Virus record (IMG/VR): IMGVR_UViG_3300032280_000361
DNA length: 64,000 nt
Strand: one strand, 5' to 3'
From: a virus
Lineage: Duplodnaviria; Heunggongvirae; Uroviricota; Caudoviricetes
Below are positions 9,141 through 18,440 of the stretch, one piece after another. The position numbers and the translations under genes were made by a program. Positions within the stretch are counted from its first letter, which is position 1. Every line of letters starts with the position of its first letter. The notes below the pieces were generated by a model that searched no databases, was not told where the DNA came from, and worked only from the letters and a program-made list of their open reading frames with translations.

Positions 9141-9403
9141 TATCCTTCTATTTTTACACCTTGTAGGTATGTTCCGATTTTATCATCATATTTCATAACA
9201 TAATGAATTCCATCCATTCCAATATGTTTATTATATTTAGGAATTTTAGACCACTCTTTTTTAGTAATAGTATGCTTTAATTTATCCTCATTAACAACTA
9301 TTTCTTCTTCCTCTACTTTTTCTACTACAGGAGTGGGGGAATTTCTACTCATCCCTAAAGAAGGAAGAGTTACTATACTATTTACTATATCCATTAATCT
9401 CAT
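9140..9403 (-). CDS. hypothetical protein (MRLMDIV leader, VVNE junction)
   Basis: ORF within the modular-protein cluster. Confidence 0.55.
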   Translation of the reverse strand: MRLMDIVNSIVTLPSLGMSRNSPTPVVEKVEEEEIVVNEDKLKHTITKKEWSKIPKYNKHIGMDGIHYVMKYDDKIGTYLQGVKIEG

Positions 9404-9410
9404 TGTAGTA

Positions 9411-10364
9411 TTATTTTATGTTTTTTAATCTTAATGATTCTGCTTTGAATGGGTTAAATAATCCTCTGCTATTCACTTCTTTTTCAGTAGATGGTGCTAC
9501 TTTTGCATTCTGCTGATGTTTGTGTTTGATTGGATTGTATTTTTCTAATTCATCAACATCAACATTACCATCCGCATCTGTTTTAACCTCACCATATTTA
9601 TCATCACCCAATCTTACGATACCAACTGTCTTTGTTCTTGTATTATAAACTAAATCATCTTTTTTGAATTTACCTTCGTTTACTGATTGTTCTTTTTTTA
9701 GTTTACCTAAAGTTCTTTGTTTTAGTATTTTTTTTAAATCTGCAATTAATTCCTCGTTACCCTCATATCTACTAAGGTTTATAATCATATCAGTTATTGC
9801 ATCTTTAGAATAGTTATCCAAGTTTTCGTTTACTGATTCTAATTTCAAACTTCTCTGTGCATTAGTTAAACCACTAATAATAGATTTCAATCCACCTTTA
9901 ACTCCTTCGGTATCTCTATCTTTAACTCTTTTATCTAAAATCTTTGTATTCATTTTTAGAAAGTTAATGATTGCGTTTTCAACTGCATTCCATCTAATTT
10001 CTTCTTCATTTACCGATTCAGCATTTAAAGTAGGGAATCTATCTGCTCCATTAATACCGGCTTCGTTTGTTCCGTATTCGTGATAGTTAGATGATGCTTG
10101 AGAAATTAAGTTTTCTGCTTTAGCGATATGGTCTTGAATCCAAGCAGGAATTTCTTTTTCATTTTTACCCATTTTAGCTTTTAACTCAGTTGTCATCTTA
10201 ATAATAGTATCCAATGAGTTTTGAGCCATAGAAACTTCGTGGTCTTCTTCCTCTTTAACAATAGTTTCAACTTGTGGTGTAAACGCTCTAGCATATGGGT
10301 TTGATACCACTTGTCCAGGCTTCGCTCCCAATGTCTGCATTATTCCTTTTAAATTCATATTCAT
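9411..10364 (-). CDS. ESVNE-linked modular polyprotein
   Basis: three ESVNE/QSVNE linkers separating 50-90-aa modules. Confidence 0.65.
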   Translation of the reverse strand: MNMNLKGIMQTLGAKPGQVVSNPYARAFTPQVETIVKEEEDHEVSMAQNSLDTIIKMTTELKAKMGKNEKEIPAWIQDHIAKAENLISQASSNYHEYGTNEAGINGADRFPTLNAESVNEEEIRWNAVENAIINFLKMNTKILDKRVKDRDTEGVKGGLKSIISGLTNAQRSLKLESVNENLDNYSKDAITDMIINLSRYEGNEELIADLKKILKQRTLGKLKKEQSVNEGKFKKDDLVYNTRTKTVGIVRLGDDKYGEVKTDADGNVDVDELEKYNPIKHKHQQNAKVAPSTEKEVNSRGLFNPFKAESLRLKNIK

Positions 10365-10365
10365 A

Positions 10366-11313
10366 TTATTTATATCTACTTAATATTTTGAGAGATACTT
10401 CTATCATCTTAAACAAACCCATTTTTATCATATTGTCTTTGTTTACGTTTGATAGCCCATTATATATGTTTAAAACAATAGATGCAGTTTGCATATCTAC
10501 TTTTATTTTCTTACCACTTTTTGGGTCTTTTACACTTTGATATTGTTGATTATTAATAATATCTTTTAATTGAGAAATAATTTCTGGTTCGGATGCTTCG
10601 TTTACTGATTCTCCTCTGCCCAATTTATCTTTCATTTTATTCACATCATCTTCCGAAGGTGAACCGTTAATAGAACCACCTGGAAGGTTTAATCCAGTTC
10701 CTGCTGGTAATCCTATTTCATTATTAGGTGATTTGATACCATACCCTTTCTTTATATTAGAAAGTGTTTGTAAAGCATTTTTTAATCTATCTTGAAATAA
10801 TTTCTTTTGTTCAGCAGATTTTGTATCAGATAGTTTTTGCTTCAACGCTTTAATTCTATCGTTTATTTTTTGGATTCTATCTCCTTCTTCACTTTCTTCT
10901 AATCCACCCTCTACAAAGTTTTTGATTTCAGATTTAACTACCATATTATTGATAGCATCTTTGATTTGAGCTTTATTTAATCCGATTACTTTCACATCAC
11001 CTGCTTCATTTGTATATGCCGCATGCTTTAATCCGATATCTTCTAAATACTTAATAAATCTTTCTCCTATCATTGGTTGTTTCTTTTCTTTTGTTTGAGG
11101 TAATCCCTGTGCAACATGCTGAGGTTCTTGACCTTCTTCAGTTTTCCATCCACCACCTGCTGCTTTGTATTGTTTTGAAGCCCAACCGTTTGCATAAGCC
11201 GATGGATATACATCAAACTTCTTTTTTGCCTGAGAAACGTAATACTGCCACTTCGATGGGTTAGTAGGAACATTTTTCTCCGCTACTATGTTCTTTTTGT
11301 TTAATGTGTTCAT
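10366..11313 (-). CDS. modular protein with KKFDVYPSAYAN domain and ESVNE linker
   Basis: N-terminal domain resembles T4-like phage hypotheticals; ESVNE at 10596. Confidence 0.6.
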   Translation of the reverse strand: MNTLNKKNIVAEKNVPTNPSKWQYYVSQAKKKFDVYPSAYANGWASKQYKAAGGGWKTEEGQEPQHVAQGLPQTKEKKQPMIGERFIKYLEDIGLKHAAYTNEAGDVKVIGLNKAQIKDAINNMVVKSEIKNFVEGGLEESEEGDRIQKINDRIKALKQKLSDTKSAEQKKLFQDRLKNALQTLSNIKKGYGIKSPNNEIGLPAGTGLNLPGGSINGSPSEDDVNKMKDKLGRGESVNEASEPEIISQLKDIINNQQYQSVKDPKSGKKIKVDMQTASIVLNIYNGLSNVNKDNMIKMGLFKMIEVSLKILSRYK

Positions 11314-11319
11314 ATTGTA

Positions 11320-11327
11320 TATAAATA
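11320..11327 (-). promoter_or_regulatory. putative late promoter TATTTATA (representative copy)
   Basis: same 8-mer intergenic at 7566, 11320, 12098, 45267, 45668, 54367, 61959, 62991, 63592. Confidence 0.6.
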
Positions 11328-11340
11328 TATCTTTTTTTAA

Positions 11341-12093
11341 TTAAGATATACTTTCGGTTTTGTTTTTTCCATCACAATGTGCTTTTTGTGAGAAACCTTT
11401 GGGGTTATTACAATCAATTGAGTTTTTATACTCCGCACTCCACTTTTCAACCAATCCTTCACTAGCTCCCGTCTTTACTAATGTTGGTTTTTGTCCCTTC
11501 TTTTGTTCACCACCTTTTTTAGCATCTCCTGCATCGGATTGTGCCGCTCTCTTTCTCTTCACAAATGATGCTCTACCATCCTTACCCAACTTAGCTGATT
11601 TTTCATTTGAAAGGCAAGCTGCATATGCTGAACCCTCCTCACTATCTCCACATTTACCAACTTTTTCTCCCTTAGTGTTATATCTATCCCACCCACCAGT
11701 CTTTCCACTACCAAACCACTTACGAAGGTCTTCTTTTACCGCTAAATCATGTGATGAAGGTAGAACATTTACACCTACCTTTTTACCTAAGAATATGGCA
11801 ATTGGAGTGAATGGAATTGGAGCAGGAATAAACTTAAGTGAAACCAAAAATAATATCTTAACTATATCTCCGGATTGTGCTTTTAGGAATCTTTTCTCAC
11901 TATCACTAACTTCTTTCCCCAATATCATTGATTGAAGGATATGAGCTGCTACGATAGTTTCTTTCTTTTCTCTATTAGTTACCACTTTTAGAGTATCCCA
12001 ATTTGTATTGATATACTTAATAGATTTATCAATCCAATTGGCTACCTTTTCTTTAGCAGTATCAAACACTCCTTCATGTATATTCTTTCCCAT
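11341..12093 (-). CDS. modular protein: LETM1-like segment plus DLRKWF and IDCNNPKGFSQKAHC domains
   Basis: GKEVSDSEKRFL..DIVK..hydrophobic..NVLPSS; modules separated by VKE/LVE. Confidence 0.55.
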   Translation of the reverse strand: MGKNIHEGVFDTAKEKVANWIDKSIKYINTNWDTLKVVTNREKKETIVAAHILQSMILGKEVSDSEKRFLKAQSGDIVKILFLVSLKFIPAPIPFTPIAIFLGKKVGVNVLPSSHDLAVKEDLRKWFGSGKTGGWDRYNTKGEKVGKCGDSEEGSAYAACLSNEKSAKLGKDGRASFVKRKRAAQSDAGDAKKGGEQKKGQKPTLVKTGASEGLVEKWSAEYKNSIDCNNPKGFSQKAHCDGKNKTESIS

Positions 12094-12111
12094 TGGATAT
12101 AAATATAATAT

Positions 12112-12546
12112 TTATTCTATTTCCTTAAAAGATAATATGTTTTCCGATATAATACCTTTTAAGGGTAACCCCTTATATTCATAATCCTCCGTTAATAGTA
12201 ATATATCACCCTCATACCCTTCAATAAGTTGGTCTGATATAATGTGTCCAGTATCGGTTAGAAGTGGTTCACCATTATAATAGAAACAATGTGGTGATTT
12301 ATATTCTTTTAATTTAAGAAGTGTTTCAAAGTTCATCGCATTACTCCATAGAGAGAACATATTGATAAACGATGGTTTGACAGGATATTTTGGTTTATGA
12401 GTTCCTAACCAAAACTGCTCTTCGTGCCACCATACATCTATCCAACAATGAAACCCCATCCGAATAACTTCCGTTACCTGATAGGGTTTATTTTCTTTTT
12501 GCTCATCTACTCCTAAGATGTTTCCTCTATATGAAATTAAATACAT
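12112..12546 (-). CDS. glycerophosphodiester phosphodiesterase-like protein (degenerate)
   Basis: LISYRGN..EN.P, GFHCWIDVW, LGTH resemble the GDPD-like HRGN/EIDVW/LGHD family. Confidence 0.5.
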   Translation of the reverse strand: MYLISYRGNILGVDEQKENKPYQVTEVIRMGFHCWIDVWWHEEQFWLGTHKPKYPVKPSFINMFSLWSNAMNFETLLKLKEYKSPHCFYYNGEPLLTDTGHIISDQLIEGYEGDILLLTEDYEYKGLPLKGIISENILSFKEIE

Positions 12547-13688
12547 TTTCTAGTATACCATTCCGATTTTAATGTAATCAGTTTATGATGATAGGTGTTA
12601 AATGCTATGATTTGTATGTTTACCCCTTCTACTTGATACATCCCTACATTTTTAGCCTGAGAGATTATATTAGGTAAAGTTGTTAATGCCTGATATCCCT
12701 TCTCCGATAATTGTGCAAAATCAAATGAAACTATTATATCATTATCTCTCGGTGTTTCATATGATTTAATCTTTTTAGTTAAATTAAATTTAGTCTTAGA
12801 TTGATTTAAGTTAATGTATTCCGTTGGGTCACAATCTACATATACATTTGAAAAGAAAGGTTCTAATACATCTAATGCTTCCGTTGAGCCATTTTTAAGA
12901 ACTAATCCTATATCGTATGTATGCTGAACAGGATTACCACCATGCCTTCCCCACTTTCTTAAGAAGTTTTTATTAGATGCCATTTCCTTAACTTTTGTAT
13001 CTCTCTCATGCTCAGGAGAGAAACGAGATGTTTTAGATACGAAGTGATATACAACACTATCTAATGCAGTATATTGTTCAAATCCTAATAATTTTAATCT
13101 AAAAATTAGGTCATCATCTTCGGAAAACATAGGGTTATATAGGTTATCCATTCCTCCCATTTGTAAGTATCTTTTTCTACTTTGACACATAAAGAATGAA
13201 ATACCAGCAGATGTTTTATCAGCTTCATTTTTAACTTCCCTTTCCGCATATTGTTCTAACTCCTCTAATTTTAATGTATCAAAATCTCCACCAAAATCCA
13301 TAATGATTTTACCTGGTCTAGCATGTCCGGCAAATACAGGTGGTTCAATTGTTGTATATGAAACTACTTTTCTATCTCCACAATGCTTTTGTAAGTTCTC
13401 TAAGAATCCATTACATACCACTATATCATTATGACAGAATACTATGTACTCCTTTGTTGCTAATTCGGCACACTTATTAAATGTATCCGAAAATGTTTTA
13501 CTTTCCTCAGAGTAGAAGTATATTAGGTTCTCATCATTTAAAGAGTCTAACCACTCATGTGTACCATCCGATGAACCCCAACTTACAAATACCAATTCTT
13601 CTGTTGGGTATATCTCTCTAAATCTTTTATAGAATTTTTGTGAATATTCTAAATTGTTTCTTAATCCTACTAATGTTGAAATTGTCAT
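12537..13688 (-). CDS. glycosyltransferase family 2
   Basis: GSSDGT, FCHNDI, GGMD, EDDDL, YHFVSKT motifs. Confidence 0.85.
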   Translation of the reverse strand: MTISTLVGLRNNLEYSQKFYKRFREIYPTEELVFVSWGSSDGTHEWLDSLNDENLIYFYSEESKTFSDTFNKCAELATKEYIVFCHNDIVVCNGFLENLQKHCGDRKVVSYTTIEPPVFAGHARPGKIIMDFGGDFDTLKLEELEQYAEREVKNEADKTSAGISFFMCQSRKRYLQMGGMDNLYNPMFSEDDDLIFRLKLLGFEQYTALDSVVYHFVSKTSRFSPEHERDTKVKEMASNKNFLRKWGRHGGNPVQHTYDIGLVLKNGSTEALDVLEPFFSNVYVDCDPTEYINLNQSKTKFNLTKKIKSYETPRDNDIIVSFDFAQLSEKGYQALTTLPNIISQAKNVGMYQVEGVNIQIIAFNTYHHKLITLKSEWYTRKCI

Positions 13689-13697
13689 AACTATATT

Positions 13698-14411
13698 TTA
13701 TTGTGTTTCTATCAGTTTACCATTATATTCTCTGATTGCGAATCCAAAAATTCTTTCCATCGCATGTGCATATCCCGTATCAGGTTTTCCTTTTTCAAAA
13801 TGAGATGCAAATTCATCAAAATTAACTCCATTAAACATTTTTTTAAATAATAATGTAGAACTCATAAACATAGTTCCTGCAAAAAAAGGAATTCCATATT
13901 CTATATTTTGTCTAAAATGAAAGAATTTATCACTTAAAGTTTTAACCATATTAAATGCGTGATAGCCAGATAATACACTTTCTCCATCTTTTAACACAGT
14001 TGAAGTTCCTATCATTAATGGTATTCCATCATTTTGAAATTTTTCTATATAGAGATGCATATTTAAAAACTTTTCATAATCATCTACTAAAGGTTTATAT
14101 GCATGAATTCTCCAATCATTATCCGATTTTTTAGATTGTATTTTTGTAACAACACTATATGTGTCCGTAAATAATACTTTATCATATAATGTTTTTACAA
14201 ATGGAAGTACATCCATTCCTCTATTCTCTACTATACTATATGTTATTTTTGATGGTTTTATTTTTTCAAGAACTTCATCTGTTATAGTATCTTCACAGAA
14301 ATCTATATGTATATCAACAAAATCACTTTTTTCTAGTAAATGATAACAATTTATCAGAAATTCATTCAATACGTCTATGTGATAACAATATATTAAAATT
14401 AAATGTCTCAT
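13698..14411 (-). CDS. rhamnan synthesis protein F (RgpF)-like protein
   Basis: ENRGMDVLPF, KIQSKKS, FFAGTMF, AHAMER motifs. Confidence 0.75.
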   Translation of the reverse strand: MRHLILIYCYHIDVLNEFLINCYHLLEKSDFVDIHIDFCEDTITDEVLEKIKPSKITYSIVENRGMDVLPFVKTLYDKVLFTDTYSVVTKIQSKKSDNDWRIHAYKPLVDDYEKFLNMHLYIEKFQNDGIPLMIGTSTVLKDGESVLSGYHAFNMVKTLSDKFFHFRQNIEYGIPFFAGTMFMSSTLLFKKMFNGVNFDEFASHFEKGKPDTGYAHAMERIFGFAIREYNGKLIETQ

Positions 14412-14412
14412 A

Positions 14413-15021
14413 TTATTCTTTTATAAAATTTTCTCTATGCCTTCTGTAATATAATAATCCCTCACTCACATGAGAAACGGTTGCCCCTGCTCCTTGCATT
14501 CTTTCCCATAAAACTAAATCTTCTTCTGAATTATGGCCTCCGCTCGCCGCATATCCTACTGATTTTGCAATATTAGCATTATATAACATAGAACCATGAT
14601 GCTTCATATATCTACTCCAATAATAATCACCTTGATGAGGTTTCATTTCTCCATAATGCCTTGTATATAGTTTATCTTTTAAGTCACCTGTTACTATTAT
14701 ATCGTATGTTACTATATCAGCGGTTTCTTTACTAAGTAATTCTATTGTATCAGCTCTCATCCAATTATCAGCGCCTATAAACATACATTTATTGGTGGTA
14801 ACTCGATTTAACATATCCGAAAAATTAGCAACAGTTCCCATATTTTTTTCTCTTAATATAAAATCAACTTGAGGATATATCGTAGGTAAATGTGCACAAT
14901 CTCCCGCTCCATCATCTACAAACATAATTCTATCAGCCGCTTTACTTTGTGCCAAAACACTTTCTATACAATGTGCCGCTAAGTGTCCGTAACGGTAAGA
15001 TGCTATAACTACTGTAATCAT
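14413..15021 (-). CDS. glycosyltransferase family 2
   Basis: VVIASYRY, VDDG, GADN, EDL, YYRRH motifs. Confidence 0.85.
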   Translation of the reverse strand: MITVVIASYRYGHLAAHCIESVLAQSKAADRIMFVDDGAGDCAHLPTIYPQVDFILREKNMGTVANFSDMLNRVTTNKCMFIGADNWMRADTIELLSKETADIVTYDIIVTGDLKDKLYTRHYGEMKPHQGDYYWSRYMKHHGSMLYNANIAKSVGYAASGGHNSEEDLVLWERMQGAGATVSHVSEGLLYYRRHRENFIKE

Positions 15022-15022
15022 A

Positions 15023-15757
15023 TTAAGGTATTTTTGTTGGGTTTATACTTTTAATTATATTACCATTAACTAAATAATCTGGATATATCGTTGTTGCCTT
15101 TGTTCTACAAAATCCATTCATATAAGTCATACGGTCTTTATCTGATTTATTTGGTTCACTACCGTGCACTGTCAATACACTCCAAATCAATACATCACCT
15201 TTTTTAGCGGTATATTTAGTTCCTTTTAATTCTCCTCTGCCAAACACTCTTAAGTTTTGAGGAGCTCCAATTCTCATAGTTTTGTGTGAACCATCTATAA
15301 ATTCAATAGCTCCATTTTCTTCTGTAATATCATCTACTGCAATAATAGTTTGAAAATAATCATTCTCAACATCTCCATTGAAACTACCTTCTTCTCTAAA
15401 CATTATATCTTGATGCCAAGCAAATTGGTCTTCATCACCACTTTCTCTAAAGTATATTTGGTTATTTATTTGTCTAACATCATCTCCGATAAATTCTTTT
15501 ACTAACTCAACCATTCTTTCATCTGTTCTAATATTATTGATATAATCATTAGCTAAAGCAGGAAAGAATATAAGAGACCTTTTATTGTAAGCAGTTTCAG
15601 ATGCATCATGAGGATATCCTGCTGCTTTTATTTCACTATCTTTAATTGAATATGCTTGTCTTTTTATCTCATCACATTCTTCCGATGTGAATACGGATGG
15701 TATTACAATAACTCCATTTTCAGTATATTGTTTTTTGAGAGTTGCTATGTTTTTCAT
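15023..15757 (-). CDS. phytanoyl-CoA dioxygenase-family (PhyH) enzyme
   Basis: WHQD, ENGAIEFIDGSH, HGSEPN..R motifs. Confidence 0.85.
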   Translation of the reverse strand: MKNIATLKKQYTENGVIVIPSVFTSEECDEIKRQAYSIKDSEIKAAGYPHDASETAYNKRSLIFFPALANDYINNIRTDERMVELVKEFIGDDVRQINNQIYFRESGDEDQFAWHQDIMFREEGSFNGDVENDYFQTIIAVDDITEENGAIEFIDGSHKTMRIGAPQNLRVFGRGELKGTKYTAKKGDVLIWSVLTVHGSEPNKSDKDRMTYMNGFCRTKATTIYPDYLVNGNIIKSINPTKIP

Positions 15758-16266
15758 ATATAATTTCTATAAATTTTGTAATTGTAATCTATTTCATTAA
15801 TATCATTCGAACCCTGTGTCACACTCCATGCAAAATTAAACCCAGCTTTCTTAACACACTTAATAACTAAATCATTATAATTACCATATGGATATGCAAA
15901 TAAGTCCATAGGATATGGAGGAGTTACTTCTTTCATAATCTCTTCCTCTGATAACTTAGTTAAATCTGGATGATTCCATGTATGCCAACCTATTTTAAAA
16001 TTATAATTAGAACACATTTCTTCAACTTGTTCCCATGTACAATACTTTTCCAACTTTGGTACATAATCTAAATCAAAAGAATTATCACCTCCCATAAAAT
16101 TACCCATAACAAAAAATACACCAGTTTTATCCTTTAGTATATCCTGGTTTTCATATACATTTAAATATATACCATCAAATCCTAATGGTTCACTACAATT
16201 TAATACCTGTTCTCTTGTATTATAATTTGAATGGTTTGTATCACCTATGTTATGTAATAATCTCAT
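15754..16266 (-). CDS. polysaccharide deacetylase (NodB/CE4-like)
   Basis: FDG, HTWNHPDL, FAYPYG motifs. Confidence 0.8.
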   Translation of the reverse strand: MRLLHNIGDTNHSNYNTREQVLNCSEPLGFDGIYLNVYENQDILKDKTGVFFVMGNFMGGDNSFDLDYVPKLEKYCTWEQVEEMCSNYNFKIGWHTWNHPDLTKLSEEEIMKEVTPPYPMDLFAYPYGNYNDLVIKCVKKAGFNFAWSVTQGSNDINEIDYNYKIYRNYI

Positions 16267-16723
16267 ATAATCTTACTATTTGCGTATATTCTCTATATTG
16301 AAATTCTATTTCTTTTATTATTTTCCCAAAATCACTCCATATAATCCAATCTTTAATCCCACCAACTAATATATGATGTGATGCGGATTCTTTAATCCAT
16401 TGAGTAATCTGCTGATGATTGTATTGTTGATATAATGTTCCAGTTGTTATTACTAATTCATATTTACCACTTGGTTCATTTAATCTATTTACATTCGATG
16501 GTAATCTTAAAGATGCATTATCAGATAACTCTATACCAAATATTTTTGTTGCGGGTAAATGAGTTGTTACAAATCCTTCTCCACATCCAATATCTAATGC
16601 AGTTTCATAATTATCCAATATAGAAAGTATTTTATTTTTTCTATGTAAATCATCATCGGTAGTTTTATACTGCCATGGGTCTTCAGTTAAATACCAATTT
16701 TCTAATTCTTCTTTAGATTGCAT
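16250..16723 (-). CDS. class I SAM methyltransferase (NodS-like)
   Basis: EDPWQY, ALDIGCGEG; start moved to 16723. Confidence 0.75.
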   Translation of the reverse strand: MQSKEELENWYLTEDPWQYKTTDDDLHRKNKILSILDNYETALDIGCGEGFVTTHLPATKIFGIELSDNASLRLPSNVNRLNEPSGKYELVITTGTLYQQYNHQQITQWIKESASHHILVGGIKDWIIWSDFGKIIKEIEFQYREYTQIVRLYEIIT

Positions 16724-17447
16724 CTCCTTGAAAATAATCAAATTGTGAATAATATTCTTTATCTTTTATATAGTGTACGTTATCAATCGTTGCCAATAAT
16801 TCTATTCCTCTACTAATGTTCATCGATGATGCCCATGCCATTGGACCTGATTGGTTTCCGATGAATAACTTAGAACCATTTATTTTTTTAAAAAACTCAT
16901 ATAGTGAATCAACTTTAATCATTTCACATTGGTCTTTAAGAGTAAAGTTATTGTATTGTTCCTCATCAAAACATATAAATGCTTTCTTTTCAAATTCTTT
17001 TAATACATTTTGATATACCGCAGTTGTTTGCTCACTCATTGGTTTCATAGAACGATTGATTAAGAGTGTATCACTTAACGATTCATCTTTATCCATTTCT
17101 ATCCATGTAAATTCTTTTGGTGGAGCTATATCATCTAAGAATTCTTTAAAATAGATTTCTAACCAATTTGTAGTATATAAAAAACGGCTTTGTCTGAATC
17201 TACTTAAGTTCACATCTATCTGTTCATCTTTGTGTATATTAAAAGAATTCAACCATTCTTGTTTTTCTAAAATTGGCTTTAAATCATTGTATGTAAAATC
17301 CAATCCTTTTTCAAATTGTTCTCCTGTGTTAGATATATACAAATCTGCTTTATACCCAAAGAAATCCCAATTGAATTTACACACAACTAAACTATGTATG
17401 AAATCTCCTAATTTTCCACCTTGTAGATATGATTTTGTTTCTTTCAT
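16713..17447 (-). CDS. GT9/heptosyltransferase-like glycosyltransferase
   Basis: GKLGDFIHSL and LFIGNQSGPM motifs. Confidence 0.6.
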   Translation of the reverse strand: MKETKSYLQGGKLGDFIHSLVVCKFNWDFFGYKADLYISNTGEQFEKGLDFTYNDLKPILEKQEWLNSFNIHKDEQIDVNLSRFRQSRFLYTTNWLEIYFKEFLDDIAPPKEFTWIEMDKDESLSDTLLINRSMKPMSEQTTAVYQNVLKEFEKKAFICFDEEQYNNFTLKDQCEMIKVDSLYEFFKKINGSKLFIGNQSGPMAWASSMNISRGIELLATIDNVHYIKDKEYYSQFDYFQGDAI

Positions 17448-17794
17448 ATTTTAACTTCTGTTACTTCGTTATTAAAAAATTTAGTTTGAAGTTCTACCTT
17501 CTTAATATATCTTTTATAATTAGCTTCCGCAGTTTGTTTAGATAGAGCAGTTTCCCCTGCCCTATCTACTAAATCAAATACTTCTTTATTTGCATGCTTT
17601 AAATCAAAATAGGATGTACTATTTATAATAGAATGGTGTTTAGCTATTCCAATTTGATTTTGAATTTCTTCGGATAATTTATTAAATGAATCTAAACTTT
17701 TCTGTTTCTTTTCTCCATTACTATTTTCAATTTTTACTGCATATATTGATAAGATATCATAAACATATGCTTCATCCAAACTTATCTTTATCAT
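17444..17794 (-). CDS. helical hypothetical protein (DUF6165-like)
   Basis: KISLDEAYVYDILSI...N..R...K; start moved to 17794. Confidence 0.5.
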   Translation of the reverse strand: MIKISLDEAYVYDILSIYAVKIENSNGEKKQKSLDSFNKLSEEIQNQIGIAKHHSIINSTSYFDLKHANKEVFDLVDRAGETALSKQTAEANYKRYIKKVELQTKFFNNEVTEVKI

Positions 17795-17795
17795 A

Positions 17796-18440
17796 CTATT
17801 TTCTTTTGAATACAAATGTTGCAAATGTGTACCAATGCCCTGCATAACAGAAATCATTATCTCCACTATAATCCGCTTCTAATAATTCACAATCATTATC
17901 TTCCAATACTGCATTTAATCGTATCCTTAAATCAAACTCTGTGTATAATCTAACATCTTCGTTTGGTTTAGTTACACCTCCGTTTAAATATCCGTTATTA
18001 TAATCCATAGTTACAATACCATACCCACCACTCTTTAATAATTTACAGATACAATCAATAAATTCTTCATCTTTCTCAACATGCTCAATTACAGAAGTAG
18101 AAACTACCGAATCTATTTTACCATGTTTATCCGGATTGTTATCAAAGTATGTTTTTAAGTCTGAGTTAATTGCAGGGTCTACATCTATTACATCATATCC
18201 TAACTTCTTTAAACTTTCGGTTGCAGTATCTTCCCAACTTCCCGCTGATAATACTACGCCACCGGTAGGAGTTAAATCTAATGCGGTTTGTAATGTAAAC
18301 GCCTGTTGTATAGTAGCTTCTTTTATTTTTCTACCTAACATCTCAGGTGAGTGTTGTTCCATTAATTGAAGAGCCGCCACATAATTGGCGTGCTCTTTTT
18401 GATTTAGTAATTTGTTCATTGTTATATTATTATTTTCCAA
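17796..18440 (-). CDS. SAM-dependent methyltransferase
   Basis: VLSAGS, VVSTSVIEHV, LLKSGG motifs. Confidence 0.75.
   Translation of the reverse strand: MENNNITMNKLLNQKEHANYVAALQLMEQHSPEMLGRKIKEATIQQAFTLQTALDLTPTGGVVLSAGSWEDTATESLKKLGYDVIDVDPAINSDLKTYFDNNPDKHGKIDSVVSTSVIEHVEKDEEFIDCICKLLKSGGYGIVTMDYNNGYLNGGVTKPNEDVRLYTEFDLRIRLNAVLEDNDCELLEADYSGDNDFCYAGHWYTFATFVFKRK

Larger units (their letters stand above)
5851..10611 (-). repeat. dispersed 16-bp repeat GAATCAGTAAACGAAG (encodes E-S-V-N-E)
   Basis: exact at 5851-5866, 6388-6403, 10596-10611; 1 mismatch at 9674-9689, 9824-9839; 2 mismatches at 6121-6136, 10004-10019. Confidence 0.9.

Noticed and set aside
5851-10611. ESVNE repeat as a CRISPR array or integron attC sites
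   Set aside because: It is only 16 bp, non-palindromic, in frame within ORFs and spaced 150-270 bp or more apart; no cas1/cas2 or integrase is in the window.
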